Below are positions 28,271-38,425 of a stretch of DNA of 64,000 bases, in pieces. The position numbers and the translations under genes were made by a program. Source of the DNA: Brevibacterium atlanticum (GTDB lineage Bacteria > Actinomycetota > Actinomycetes > Actinomycetales > Brevibacteriaceae); the NCBI RefSeq assembly GCF_011617245.1, contig NZ_CP050152.1, positions 1,910,503 through 1,974,502 on the forward strand, given 5' to 3'. Position 1 is the first letter of the stretch, and each line of letters opens with the position of its first letter. The notes under the pieces are model-generated. The model was not told the origin of the DNA. It saw nothing but the letters and a program-made list of their open reading frames with translations, and searched no databases.

Positions 28271-31231
28271 ATGAACGATACGTCGAACGACGGCACAGAG
28301 TCGACCGATCCGACCGAAGGCATCCTCGCCGATCTGGCGAATCTGCAGCAGTCGGCACACGCCAAGGGCAATGCCCATGACGACGTCAACGACAGCGTGC
28401 GTGCGCGACTCGATGACATCGCCGAGGCGGCCGAATCGCTGCGTACGGGCGAAGCCGATGATGACGAAGACGGACCGGTTGAGCCGGCGCAGCGCAGCCG
28501 AGACCCGAAACCCGCCCGCGACGCCGTCGCCAACCGGGGACTCGTATTCGAATCCTTCGTCCGCGGAGATGCGGCAGACGATGAGACCGATACGGACGAG
28601 GAAGACGAGAGCGACGACGCCGGGGACTCGGCGGCCGGACAGAGTCCGGTGCGCTTCGATCCGCGCAACCCTTTCGCCGCACCCGCACCTGCAGCGGCCA
28701 CCCCGGCAGAACCGCGGTCGACTCCGTCCGTGCCTCCGGCCGGCGGTCTGATCTTCCAGGTCCCGAGCGCCGAACACGCCGAGGTCGTGCAGATCGAGGA
28801 CGATGACTCCGATGACGACTGGGACGACTCCGAGGACACCGACGACACCGCGTCCGAGCGTCGTGACGACCAGGACGACGAGACCTCGAACGGCCCGCGT
28901 CGTCGCCGTGGAGGACGCGGGCGCCGCTCGCGCAGCCGCGATGACTCCGACGACGACGCAGACGGAAAGACCGCGGACGCCGCGGACGACTCCTCCGACG
29001 ATGACGAGTCCGAGAAGGACGGCTCACGTTCCTCGCGACGGGGTTCGCGCTCGAATTCCCGCGCCTCGAAGCACAAGTCCGACTCCGAATCGCAGGACGA
29101 TCACGCGAAATCCGACGACGAGAAGTCCGAAGCATCGAAGAACGACGATTCGCAGTCCGATGACGCCGATGATGACGATGACTCCGAGGGCGGATCGCGT
29201 CGTCGTCGCCGTCGCCGGTCGCGCAACCGCGGAACCGACCGTGACGAGGTCACCTCGCTGAAGGGCTCGACCCGACTGGAGGCCAAGCGCCAGCGTCGCA
29301 AGGAAGGTCGCGAAGCCGGACGTCGCCGCCCCATCATCACCGAGGCAGAGTTCCTCGCTCGCCGGGAATCCGTCGAACGCACGATGCTCGTGCGCGAAAG
29401 CGGCGACCAGACGCAGCTCGTCGTCGTCGAAGACGGCATCGCCGTCGAGCACTACCTCAAGGAGAACCGCCAGCAGGCCTCCCTCATCGGCAACGTGTAC
29501 CTGGGCAAGGTCCAGAACGTGCTGCCGAGCATGGAAGCGGCGTTCATCGACATCGGCAAGGGCCGCAATGCCGTGCTCTACGCCGGTGAGGTCAACTGGG
29601 ACGCTCTCGGCATGGACGGCAAGGCACGCCGCATCGAAACCGCTCTGAGCCCCGGCGACTCCGTCCTCGTCCAGGTGACGAAGGATCCGATCGGGCACAA
29701 GGGTGCGCGTCTGACCAGTCAGATCTCGCTGCCGGGACGGTTCCTCGTCTACGTCCCCGGCAACTCGATGACCGGGATCTCCCGGAAGCTTCCGGACAAT
29801 GAGCGAGCACGGCTGAAGAAGCTGCTCAAGGAACTCGTCGGCGATTCGAACGGCGTCATCGTGCGCACCGCAGCCGAAGGTGCCGCGGACACCGACCTGT
29901 CCCGCGATGTGGAGCGACTCGCCAAGCGCTGGGAGACGATCGAGAAGAAGTCGAAGTCGACGAAGGTGCTCGCCCCGCAGCTGCTCTACAGCGAGCCGGA
30001 CATGATCGTGCGCATCATCCGCGACGTCTTCAACGAAGACTTCAACTCGCTCGTCATCGACGGCGACGGAGCCTGGAACACCATCCACGAATACGTCGAA
30101 TCCGTGGCCCCGGATCTCCTCGAACGGGTCCACCGCTACAACGAGGACGAGGGCATCTTCGATCACTATCGGATCGAAGAGCAGATCCAGAAGGCCCTGC
30201 AGCGCACCGTCAACCTGCCCTCAGGCGGTTCGCTCGTCATCGACCGCACCGAGGCGATGACGGTCGTCGACGTCAACACCGGCAAGTTCACCGGTTCCGG
30301 CGGCAACCTCGAAGAGACCGTGACCCGCAACAACCTCGAAGCGGCCGAAGAGGTCATCCGACAGGTCCGTCTGCGCGACCTCGGCGGCATCATCGTCGTC
30401 GACTTCATCGACATGGTCCTCGAATCGAACCGTGACCTCGTGGTGCGCCGCCTCGTCGAATGCCTGGGCCGTGACCGGACGAAGCATCAGGTCGCCGAGG
30501 TGACCTCGCTGGGACTCGTGCAGATGACCCGCAAGCGCATCGGCACGGGACTGGCCGAGTCGATGGTCAGCGCCGGCGCTGACCTCAGCGGACGCGGACT
30601 CCTGCTGCCCGGATCCGAAGAGGACGGTACGAAGGCCCACCGCGGGAACCGTTCGTCGAACAGTGAGGGCCGTCGCGATCGGAAGCGGCGGGGGGACTCC
30701 GGGGCGAAGTCCAAGCAGAACGAGAGTGAGCCGCAGGAGGACTCCGTGTCCTCGGACGCTTCGCGCTCTGCCGTCGCCGCGATCGCCAAAGCCACCCTGA
30801 AGAAGGACGAATCCGATGCCGGGAACGGCGACGAGAAGTCCGGCGGCGAAGGCAGCGGCAAGGGCCGTTCACGCTCGCGCAACGGTCGTCGCCGCTCGAA
30901 CTCCCGGAATGCGGAGTCGAATCCGGACACCGAGACCGGCGCCGCCTCCGAGGCGAACCACGGCGCCGATGCCACGATCGAGAAGAAGGCCGATGAGAAC
31001 GCGAAGGCCGCTGAGAATGCCGAACCGGCCGTCGCACCGGCTCCTGCGCCGGTCCCTGAGGAGCCGAAGGATCTGCCGCTGATGATCGGCGCCGATACCG
31101 AGACGAAGGTCGCGGCCGCCGCTCCCGTGAAGCGCAGTCCGGTCCCGAAGCGGAGCGAGGCGCCGAAGAAGGCTGCAGAGCCCAAGCAGGAGCAGCTGCC
31201 CGCCTCGTTCGTCATCATCGGCGAAGACTGA
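28271..31231 (+). CDS. rne: Ribonuclease E (RNase E/G family) with long Asp/Arg/Ser-rich disordered N- and C-terminal extensions
   Basis: S1 domain and catalytic core (LIGNVYLGKVQNVLPSMEAAFIDIGKGRNAVLY...VIDRTEAMTVVDVNTGKF). ATG at 28271 has a GGGAGA RBS; the ORF track begins at 28091. Coding region 28700-29300 is a low-complexity run encoding about 200 residues dominated by Asp/Asp-Asp/Ser/Arg. Confidence 0.8.
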   Translation: MNDTSNDGTESTDPTEGILADLANLQQSAHAKGNAHDDVNDSVRARLDDIAEAAESLRTGEADDDEDGPVEPAQRSRDPKPARDAVANRGLVFESFVRGDAADDETDTDEEDESDDAGDSAAGQSPVRFDPRNPFAAPAPAAATPAEPRSTPSVPPAGGLIFQVPSAEHAEVVQIEDDDSDDDWDDSEDTDDTASERRDDQDDETSNGPRRRRGGRGRRSRSRDDSDDDADGKTADAADDSSDDDESEKDGSRSSRRGSRSNSRASKHKSDSESQDDHAKSDDEKSEASKNDDSQSDDADDDDDSEGGSRRRRRRRSRNRGTDRDEVTSLKGSTRLEAKRQRRKEGREAGRRRPIITEAEFLARRESVERTMLVRESGDQTQLVVVEDGIAVEHYLKENRQQASLIGNVYLGKVQNVLPSMEAAFIDIGKGRNAVLYAGEVNWDALGMDGKARRIETALSPGDSVLVQVTKDPIGHKGARLTSQISLPGRFLVYVPGNSMTGISRKLPDNERARLKKLLKELVGDSNGVIVRTAAEGAADTDLSRDVERLAKRWETIEKKSKSTKVLAPQLLYSEPDMIVRIIRDVFNEDFNSLVIDGDGAWNTIHEYVESVAPDLLERVHRYNEDEGIFDHYRIEEQIQKALQRTVNLPSGGSLVIDRTEAMTVVDVNTGKFTGSGGNLEETVTRNNLEAAEEVIRQVRLRDLGGIIVVDFIDMVLESNRDLVVRRLVECLGRDRTKHQVAEVTSLGLVQMTRKRIGTGLAESMVSAGADLSGRGLLLPGSEEDGTKAHRGNRSSNSEGRRDRKRRGDSGAKSKQNESEPQEDSVSSDASRSAVAAIAKATLKKDESDAGNGDEKSGGEGSGKGRSRSRNGRRRSNSRNAESNPDTETGAASEANHGADATIEKKADENAKAAENAEPAVAPAPAPVPEEPKDLPLMIGADTETKVAAAAPVKRSPVPKRSEAPKKAAEPKQEQLPASFVIIGED

Positions 31232-31285
31232 GTCCGACCGAGTGATCGGTTCGGGACCGAGCCCCGGTGCCGGCCCGACAGCGCA

Positions 31286-31324
31286 GAAGCGCCCCGCGAC
31301 GGAGACTCCGTCACGGGGCGCTTC
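31286..31324. terminator. Bidirectional terminator hairpin between rne and the SPFH gene
   Basis: GAAGCGCCCCG-CGACGGAGACTCCGTCA-CGGGGCGCTTC (nested stems). Confidence 0.5.
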
Positions 31325-31396
31325 GGTGATGATGAGCCGCATCGGCCCGGCGCGCTCGGCCGTCTCCGACGCAGCCGCCGGACGACCGCGACCGAC

Positions 31397-32674
31397 TCAG
31401 CCTGCCGACTGCTGATTGCGCGTCGTGCTGATCGTCGGCTGTGCCGCCTGGTCTCCGCACAGGACGATCATGAGGTTCGAGACCAGATCGCTGCGCTCGG
31501 CCTGACCGAGCCTGACGATCTGTCGGCCCTCGATCTCTTCGATGGCGGTCTCGACCATTCCCACTGCACCCTCGACGATGAGCTGCCGGGCGGCGACGAC
31601 CGCAGTCGCCTGCTGCCGCTGGAGCATCGCCCGGGCGATCTCCGGGGCGTAGGCCAGCTGCGTGATGCGGGATTCGATGATCGTCACCCCTGCTGCCATC
31701 ACTCGCGCGGCCACCTCGTCGGAGAGGCGCGACGTGATCTCATCGGCGTTGTCGCGCAAGGACATCCGCCGCGGATCCGAGGAGTCGTAGGCATAGGAGT
31801 TCGCGATGTGACGGACTGCTGTCTCCGCCTGGATGGCAACGAACTCCTCGAAGTCGTCGACCTCGAACATCGCCTGCGCGGTGTCCTTGACCTGCCAGAC
31901 GACGACGGCGCCGATCTCGATCGGATTGCCGTCGAGATCATTGACCTTGAGCGTCGACGTCTCGTGGTTGCGGATGCGGGTCGACACCTGGTCCTTCGTG
32001 TAGAAGGGATTGACGAAGCGCAGTCCCGACTGGCGGACCGTGCCGACATACTTTCCGTAGAGCTGGAGAACGACGGCATGGCCGGGTGCCACCGAAGTAC
32101 AGCCCTTGAACAGGAACATCGACGCGATGAAGGAGATCACACCGAGGACGATGAGGATGACCCCGAGCGCGGCCTGCGCGAATGTCAGCACGAAGCCGAT
32201 GACGGCGAGGAGCACGGCCAGGAGGAGCAGGGCGATGGCACCGATGATGGCGAAGTAGCCGGACACGCCGCCTGCGGGCTTCTCGCGCACACGCTCACCG
32301 TCGGGGGAGACGATGCGCGGCGGGGCCGATCCGTTCGGTCCCGCCGCGGAGGTGGGGCCGGGCTGAGCAGACCGACGAGGGGTGCGGTTCCCCCGCTGCG
32401 GATCAGCACCGGGCTGACCGGCCGGGCCGGGCTGTGCCTGACCGCCGCCGGGTGGGCCGTACGCATGAGGAGAGTCGGCCGATGCCGAGGAACCGACCTG
32501 AGAACCCTGCGACCCGAAATGACCGTTCGGATTCGACACAGGTTCGGCACCCGGATACGCGGCGGGCTGAGCATGGCCATCCTGCGAATGCGGGGTCTGA
32601 CTCACCGCTGGGGCAGGGCCGCGATGCGGGGGCTGATTCGGTGGGGGACCTTGCTGCTGTGGGTTCTGAGTCAT
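31397..32674 (-). CDS. SPFH/Band 7 (stomatin/prohibitin-like) membrane protein with ~110-aa Pro/Gln/Gly-rich N-terminal region
   Basis: TM segment followed by a Band 7 core (VVLQLYGKYVGTVRQSGLRFVNPFYTKDQVSTRIRNHETSTLKVNDLDGNPIEIGAVVVWQV). Confidence 0.7.
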   Translation of the reverse strand: MTQNPQQQGPPPNQPPHRGPAPAVSQTPHSQDGHAQPAAYPGAEPVSNPNGHFGSQGSQVGSSASADSPHAYGPPGGGQAQPGPAGQPGADPQRGNRTPRRSAQPGPTSAAGPNGSAPPRIVSPDGERVREKPAGGVSGYFAIIGAIALLLLAVLLAVIGFVLTFAQAALGVILIVLGVISFIASMFLFKGCTSVAPGHAVVLQLYGKYVGTVRQSGLRFVNPFYTKDQVSTRIRNHETSTLKVNDLDGNPIEIGAVVVWQVKDTAQAMFEVDDFEEFVAIQAETAVRHIANSYAYDSSDPRRMSLRDNADEITSRLSDEVAARVMAAGVTIIESRITQLAYAPEIARAMLQRQQATAVVAARQLIVEGAVGMVETAIEEIEGRQIVRLGQAERSDLVSNLMIVLCGDQAAQPTISTTRNQQSAG

Positions 32675-32816
32675 GCTCCCAGTCTAGGTCAGCGAATGAG
32701 ACGCGGGTCTCAGATACGGCGGACCGACGGAGTTGGATAACGTTTCCATAACCGAACCGGGGGCGACCTCCGAGATTGCTTGAATGTGACATGGATCTCA
32801 GGAAGTTTGGCTGACC

Positions 32817-34346
32817 ATGAACACCTTACAACTGACAGCAGAGCCGGTCTCTCCGGTCGACGATGCCATCAACACCTGGTTCGATCCGATCGCGACGTGG
32901 TTCGGCAACATCATCTTCTTTCCACTCACCTTCGGCGACTTCTCGTTCCCGTTCGTCGTCATCTGGCTGATCTTCGCGGCCGCCGTCTTCACGATCTACT
33001 TCGGCTTCGTTCAGGTCCGCGGGGCGAAACTGTCGCTGGAGATCATCCGCGGGAAGTTCTCGTCGAAGTCCGATCCGGGTGAGGTCACCCACTTCCAGGC
33101 TCTCGCCTCCGCCCTGTCGGGAACCGTGGGGCTGGGCAACATCGCCGGTGTCGGTGTGGCCATCGCCCTCGGCGGTCCCGGTGCGACATTCTGGATGATC
33201 GTGGCCGGACTGCTCGGCATGTGCACGAAGTTCGTCGAATGCACCCTCGGTGTGAAGTACCGTGAGATCGACGAGAACGGAGTCGTCCACGGCGGCCCGT
33301 TCAAATACCTGCCCGTTGCCTTCCGTCGCTTCTCGAAGCCGGTGGCCACCATCCTCACCGGTCTCTTCGCTGTCGCCATCCTCGTCTTCGGCATCGTCGG
33401 CGGCGGAATGTTCCAAGCGAACCAGACCTTCGCACAGGTCCGCACAGCCACCGGCGGCGATGACGGATTCCTCGCCGGGCCCTTCGCCTCGCTCGTCTTC
33501 GGCATCGTCTTCGCTGCCCTCGTGGCCCTGGTCATCCTCGGCGGCATCCGCTCGATTGCGAAGGTCACCGACAAGCTGGTGCCGGGTATGGCGATCTTCT
33601 ACGTCGTCTCCTGCCTGCTCGTCCTCGCTCTCAACTTCGACAACATTCCGAACGCCGTCGTTGAGATCTTCGTCGGCGCCTTCAATCCGCAGGGTATCGC
33701 CGGCGGCATCGTCGGCGTGATGATCATCGGGTTCCAGCGTTCGGCGTTCTCCAATGAGGCAGGCATCGGATCCGCGCCGATCGCCCACTCGGCGGTCAAG
33801 ACGCGCCGTCCGATCTCGGAAGGCTTTGTCGCTCTCCTCGAACCCTTCATCGACACCGTCATCGTCTGCACGATGACCGCGCTGACCATCATCGTTGCCG
33901 ATCAGGCCTCCTACCGAGAGGATCTCGGGGCCGGCGAGATCGGGGGAGTGGCACTGGCCTCCGACGCCTTCTCCACCGTCGTCTCCTGGTACCCGATCCT
34001 GCTCGCCATCGCCGTCGCACTCTTCGCCTTCTCGACCCTGATCACCTGGGCCTACTACGGGGAACAGGCGTGGAGCTACCTGTTCGGCGGTGCCAAGGCC
34101 AGCGTGATGGTCTTCCGCACCCTCGTCTGCCTCTTCGTCGTCGTCGGCTGTGTGGCCACGTTCTCGAAGGTCGTCGAGTTCGCCGATGCCGCACTGTTCA
34201 TGTGCGCCTTCATCAACATCCTCGGCCTCTACATGCTCATGCCGGTCGTGAAGAAGGAGATGAAGAAGTATCTGGCCGACCGCAGGGCCGGCACTCTCAA
34301 CGACCCCGATACGAAGGACGCGGTACCTGTCGAAGAACCAGTCTGA
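32817..34346 (+). CDS. Alanine/glycine:cation symporter (AGCS family)
   Basis: N-terminal WFDPIATWFGNIIFFP, signature ALASALSGTVGLGNIAGVGVAIALGGPGA and GGPFKY motifs. About 11 TM helices. Confidence 0.8.
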   Translation: MNTLQLTAEPVSPVDDAINTWFDPIATWFGNIIFFPLTFGDFSFPFVVIWLIFAAAVFTIYFGFVQVRGAKLSLEIIRGKFSSKSDPGEVTHFQALASALSGTVGLGNIAGVGVAIALGGPGATFWMIVAGLLGMCTKFVECTLGVKYREIDENGVVHGGPFKYLPVAFRRFSKPVATILTGLFAVAILVFGIVGGGMFQANQTFAQVRTATGGDDGFLAGPFASLVFGIVFAALVALVILGGIRSIAKVTDKLVPGMAIFYVVSCLLVLALNFDNIPNAVVEIFVGAFNPQGIAGGIVGVMIIGFQRSAFSNEAGIGSAPIAHSAVKTRRPISEGFVALLEPFIDTVIVCTMTALTIIVADQASYREDLGAGEIGGVALASDAFSTVVSWYPILLAIAVALFAFSTLITWAYYGEQAWSYLFGGAKASVMVFRTLVCLFVVVGCVATFSKVVEFADAALFMCAFINILGLYMLMPVVKKEMKKYLADRRAGTLNDPDTKDAVPVEEPV

Positions 34347-34375
34347 GCCCGGTTCATCACCGGCCCCGAAGGTTT

Positions 34376-34420
34376 GCGGAGGTGCGCAGCAGTCCCGGTG
34401 AGACTGCGGCGCACCTCCGC
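34376..34420 (+). terminator. Hairpin (12-bp stem) downstream of the AGCS gene
   Basis: GCGGAGGTGCGC-N21-GCGCACCTCCGC. Confidence 0.4.
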
Positions 34421-34432
34421 GTCCGGCATCGT

Positions 34433-34438
34433 TACAAT
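34433..34438 (+). promoter_or_regulatory. -10 hexamer TACAAT placed 6 nt before the chorismate mutase GTG (leaderless arrangement)
   Basis: TACAAT at 34433-34438; GTG at 34445. No room for an SD. Confidence 0.35.
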
Positions 34439-34444
34439 GAGGGC

Positions 34445-34762
34445 GTGGATCCGAATACTGATGACAAGACACGTGCCCAGCAGCGCCTGCTGGAGCTACG
34501 CGACAGCATCGACAACATCGATGCCAGCCTCATCCATCTGCTCGCCGAGAGGTTCAAACTCACCGAGAAGGTCGGCGAACTCAAGGCCGACCACGGGCTT
34601 CCCCCGGCCGACGAATCCCGTGAGGCCCGCCAGGTCGCCCGTCTGCGGGTTCTCGCCGAGGAATCACACCTCGACCCCGAGTTCGCAGAGAAGTTCCTCG
34701 CGTTCACCGTCGCCGAGGTCATCCGCCGGCACGAACGCATCGCAGAATCGCGGGAACGCTGA
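34445..34762 (+). CDS. Chorismate mutase (AroQ class, monofunctional, ~105 aa)
   Basis: MDPNTDDKTRAQQRLLELRDSIDNIDASLIHLLAERFKLTEKVGELK matches the AroQ helix-1 pattern (R..ID.ID..L..LL..R). In frame within ORF 34070..34762. GTG start. Confidence 0.65.
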   Translation: MDPNTDDKTRAQQRLLELRDSIDNIDASLIHLLAERFKLTEKVGELKADHGLPPADESREARQVARLRVLAEESHLDPEFAEKFLAFTVAEVIRRHERIAESRER

Positions 34763-35014
34763 GGACTGGCCGACCCTCGTCAGCAGAACGAATCGGACAG
34801 GGCACGAGAGATGCCTCACAGTCATCGGTTCCGGGCGCGATCGACGACTCGCGGGTTTGCCGTTCACCTGCCGGTTCGACTAATATTGAGCGTCGGTGCG
34901 CGAGACGCATCACGGCTGGTGATTCCTCTCAATGGGACGCCTGCGGGGGAGACTCCGCAGCGGCCAAGGGATAACCGCTGTTCATCTGAGTTTTAGCAGA
35001 AAGAGAGTTCGACA

Positions 35015-35323
35015 ATGGTCTATGCCATCGTTCGCGCCGGAGGTCACCAGGAAAAGGTGAGCGTCGGCGATATCATCACAGTCAACCGTATGAAGGCGAA
35101 GGCTGGAGACAGCGTCGAACTCGATGCCGTACTTCTCGTCGACGGTGAGACGGTCACGACCGATGCCGACGCTCTGTCGAAGGTCTCGGTCACCGCCGAG
35201 GTCGCCGGTGAGCTCCGCGGTCCCAAGATTGTGATCCAGAAGTACAAGAACAAGACCGGGTACAAGAAGCGTCAGGGCCACCGCCAGGACCTCACCCGCC
35301 TGAAGATCACGAACATCAAGTAA
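35015..35323 (+). CDS. rplU: 50S ribosomal protein L21
   Basis: [19 protein letters not shown]... Confidence 0.95.
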   Translation: MVYAIVRAGGHQEKVSVGDIITVNRMKAKAGDSVELDAVLLVDGETVTTDADALSKVSVTAEVAGELRGPKIVIQKYKNKTGYKKRQGHRQDLTRLKITNIK

Positions 35324-35338
35324 GAGGAGACTTCTCAC

Positions 35339-35590
35339 ATGTCAAGCAAAAAGGGAGTCAGCTCGACCCGCAACGGTCGCGACTCGAACCCACAGTACCT
35401 CGGTGTGAAGCGCTTCGGCGGCCAGGTCGTCAAGGCCGGCGAGATCATCGTCCGTCAGCGCGGAACCAAGTTCCACCCGGGCGCCAACGTCGGCCGCGGC
35501 GGAGACGATACCCTCTTCGCCCTGACTGCGGGAGCCGTGGAATTCGGCAAGCGCAACGGTCGTAAGATCGTCAACATCGTCGGAGCCTGA
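35339..35590 (+). CDS. rpmA: 50S ribosomal protein L27
   Basis: ...[40 protein letters not shown]... Confidence 0.95.
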   Translation: MSSKKGVSSTRNGRDSNPQYLGVKRFGGQVVKAGEIIVRQRGTKFHPGANVGRGGDDTLFALTAGAVEFGKRNGRKIVNIVGA

Positions 35591-35642
35591 TCCTTAACAG
35601 GATCTGATCCGATCGCACTATTTTTCTCCCCTCGCGGGGACC

Positions 35643-35674
35643 ATGAAGGGTGAGTCACATGACTCACCCTTCAT
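35643..35674 (+). terminator. Perfect palindromic hairpin between rpmA and obgE
   Basis: ATGAAGGGTGAGTCA-CAT-GACTCACCCTTCAT. A smaller palindrome GATCCTTAACAGGATC lies at 35589-35604. Confidence 0.5.
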
Positions 35675-35690
35675 CTGATATAAGGACACT

Positions 35691-37259
35691 ATGGCCACCG
35701 AGTTCGTAGACCGCGTCACCGTTCACCTCGCCGCCGGCGACGGTGGGAACGGCTGTGCCTCGATCAGACGCGAGAAGTTCAAACCGCTCGGCGGGCCCGA
35801 CGGTGCCGACGGCGGCAACGGGGGCAACATCGTCTTCCGCGTCGATCGTCAGACCACGACCCTGCTGCCGCTGCATCACCGTCCGCATCTGCGTGCCGAC
35901 GGCGGCGGAATCGGCAAGGGTGATCTGCGCCACGGCGCCGACGGGCAGGATCTCATCGTCCCCGTGCCCGAGGGCACCGTGGTCAAGACGCTCGACGGCT
36001 CGGTCGTCGCCGATCTCGTCGAAGACGGCACGGAGCTCACCGCGGCCGCCGGTGGTCGCGGTGGTCTCGGCAATGCCGCGCTGGCCTCGACGAAGCGCAA
36101 GGCTCCCGGCTTCGCCCTTCTCGGCGAACCCGGTGAGAGCCTCAGCCTCGTCCTCGAACTCAAGACGATCGCCGACATCGCCTTCGTCGGTTACCCTTCG
36201 GCCGGAAAGTCGAGCCTCATCGCCGCTCTCTCTGCCGCGAAGCCGAAGATCGCCGACTACCCCTTCACCACCCTCGTGCCCAACCTCGGCGTCGTGCAGG
36301 CGGGGGAGACCCGCTACACCGTCGCCGACGTGCCCGGTCTCATCCCCGGGGCATCCGAAGGCAAGGGTCTGGGACTGGAATTCCTCCGCCACGTCGAACG
36401 CTGCGCCGGACTCGTCCACGTCATCGACATGGCCACGTGGGAACCCGGCCGCGATCCCGTCTCCGATCTCACGATCATCGAATCCGAACTCGCCGCCTAT
36501 GCCGTCGATCTCGACGACGGCAGCGGACTTCTTCCACTCTCGGAACGACCCAAGCTGGTGGCGCTGAACAAGGTCGACATCCCCGACGGGCGCGACCTCG
36601 CCGACATCGTCCGCCCCGACCTCGAAGCCGCGGGCTATCGCGTCTTCGAGATCTCCGCAGTCAGTCACGCCGGCCTGCGCGAACTCTCCTTCGCCATGGC
36701 CGAACTCGTCCTCGCCGAACGCGCCCGCCGGGAAGCCGTCGAAGCGACGCCGCAGCGAGTGGTCATCCGCCCGAAGGCCGTCGACGATCGCGGCTTCGAG
36801 GTCCGCGCCGAACGCGACGCCGACGGCCCGGTGTACCGGATTCTCGGCGACAAACCAGCCCGCTGGGTGCGGCAGACCGACTTCGGCAATGACGAAGCCG
36901 TCGGCTACCTCGCCGACCGCCTCGAACACCTCGGCGTCGAAGAAGCCCTGTTCAAGGCCGGAGCCAAGCCGGGGGACACAATCGTCATCGGCGGAGACGA
37001 CGGTGTCGTCTTCGACTGGGACCCGACGACCGTCGGCGGTGCCGAGCTGCTGGGCTCCCGCGGTTCGGACGCCCGACTCGAGGAAGAGGCCCGTGCGACT
37101 CGCAAAGAGCGCAAGGCCGCCTACCACGAACGGATGGACGCGAAGGCAGCGGTGCGTGCCGAGTTCGAGCAGGAGCGGCTGGCCGAACGTGGGCAGAGCG
37201 AGGCCCGATCCGCGGCCGAGCCCGATGCCGGCGCTGCGAACCGGACCGACGAGGCGTGA
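35691..37259 (+). CDS. obgE: GTPase ObgE/CgtA
   Basis: Obg fold with Gly-rich repeats (GGNGGNIVF), G1 motif [20 protein letters not shown]-terminal extension. Confidence 0.9.
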   Translation: MATEFVDRVTVHLAAGDGGNGCASIRREKFKPLGGPDGADGGNGGNIVFRVDRQTTTLLPLHHRPHLRADGGGIGKGDLRHGADGQDLIVPVPEGTVVKTLDGSVVADLVEDGTELTAAAGGRGGLGNAALASTKRKAPGFALLGEPGESLSLVLELKTIADIAFVGYPSAGKSSLIAALSAAKPKIADYPFTTLVPNLGVVQAGETRYTVADVPGLIPGASEGKGLGLEFLRHVERCAGLVHVIDMATWEPGRDPVSDLTIIESELAAYAVDLDDGSGLLPLSERPKLVALNKVDIPDGRDLADIVRPDLEAAGYRVFEISAVSHAGLRELSFAMAELVLAERARREAVEATPQRVVIRPKAVDDRGFEVRAERDADGPVYRILGDKPARWVRQTDFGNDEAVGYLADRLEHLGVEEALFKAGAKPGDTIVIGGDDGVVFDWDPTTVGGAELLGSRGSDARLEEEARATRKERKAAYHERMDAKAAVRAEFEQERLAERGQSEARSAAEPDAGAANRTDEA

Positions 37260-38422
37260 GCGCTGCAGTCGGCGGGCTCGGCTCCGCCCCGCGTGCCCGT
37301 GAGGACATCGCCTCGGCCCGCCGGATCGTCGTCAAGGTCGGTTCGTCCTCGCTGACGACGATCGACGGCGGTCTGGACGAGGCCAAACTCATCGCACTCA
37401 CCGATGTCATCGGCGCTCACCGTGCGGCCGGTCACGAGGTCATCCTCGTGTCCTCGGGTGCGATCGCGGCGGGCCTCGAACCCATGGGGCTCAACCGTCG
37501 CCCCAGAGACCTCGCCACGCAGCAGGCCGCCGCCGGGGTCGGGCAGGGTCTGCTCATGGCCGCCTACACTCGTGCCCTCGGCCGGTATGACCTCGTTCCC
37601 GGTCAGGTGCTGCTCAGTGCCGACGATCTGATCCGGCGCACCCAGTACAAGAACGCCCAGCGTGCCATCGACAAGCTGCTGGCCCTGGGCACGCTTCCCA
37701 TCGTCAACGAAAACGATGCCGTGGCCACCGAGGAGATCCGGTTCGGAGACAACGACCGTCTCGCTGCTCTCGTCGCCCATCTGTCCCACGCCGACGCCCT
37801 GATCCTCCTCTCCGACGTCGACGCCCTCTATTCGGGCCCGCCCGATCGGCCGGACTCACGCCACATCGATCGGGTCCACGGCCTCGATGATCTCACCGAC
37901 ATCGCCATCGGCGGGGTCGGCGCCGCGGGAACGGGGACCGGCGGCATGGCCACGAAGGTCGATGCGGCGATCATGGTCGCCGACTCCGGGATCCCCGCTG
38001 TGCTGACATCGGCACCGCATGCCGCCTCAGCGCTGGCCGGGAACGAGGTCGGTACCTACTTCGCGGTCACCCATCGTCGCCGCGGCACCAGGCTGCTGTG
38101 GCTGCGTCACCTGGCCCGGACGTTCGGGTCGGTGACCATCGACGAGGGAGCCGAACACGCGGTGCTCTCCCGCGGGACCTCGCTGCTGGCGGCGGGCGTG
38201 ACCGGAGCTGAGGGGGACTTCGAAGCGGGGGACCCCGTCGAGATCCGCAACCTCGACGGTGAGGTCATCGCGCGTGGAATGACGAACTTCTCCTCGGACG
38301 AGCTGCCGAGCATGTTCGGGGCCACGACCGAGGAACTTGGCACCCGTCTGGGAAGTGACTACCGTAAAGAGGTCATCCATCGAAACGATCTCGTTCTCAC
38401 ACATGTGAGCGGGGGGAGATAA
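37256..38422 (+). CDS. proB: Glutamate 5-kinase (with PUA domain)
   Basis: [11 protein letters not shown] and [10 protein letters not shown] motifs, PUA C-terminus. ATGA overlap with obgE. Confidence 0.9.
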   Translation: MSAAVGGLGSAPRAREDIASARRIVVKVGSSSLTTIDGGLDEAKLIALTDVIGAHRAAGHEVILVSSGAIAAGLEPMGLNRRPRDLATQQAAAGVGQGLLMAAYTRALGRYDLVPGQVLLSADDLIRRTQYKNAQRAIDKLLALGTLPIVNENDAVATEEIRFGDNDRLAALVAHLSHADALILLSDVDALYSGPPDRPDSRHIDRVHGLDDLTDIAIGGVGAAGTGTGGMATKVDAAIMVADSGIPAVLTSAPHAASALAGNEVGTYFAVTHRRRGTRLLWLRHLARTFGSVTIDEGAEHAVLSRGTSLLAAGVTGAEGDFEAGDPVEIRNLDGEVIARGMTNFSSDELPSMFGATTEELGTRLGSDYRKEVIHRNDLVLTHVSGGR

Positions 38423-38425
38423 CTC

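Noticed and set aside
28400-29300. Apparent repetitive DNA that might suggest a CRISPR array or tandem repeat
   Set aside because: The periodicity is codon-level (GAC/GAT/CGN) within the rne reading frame, which encodes an acidic/arginine-rich disordered region. There are no regular repeat-spacer units.
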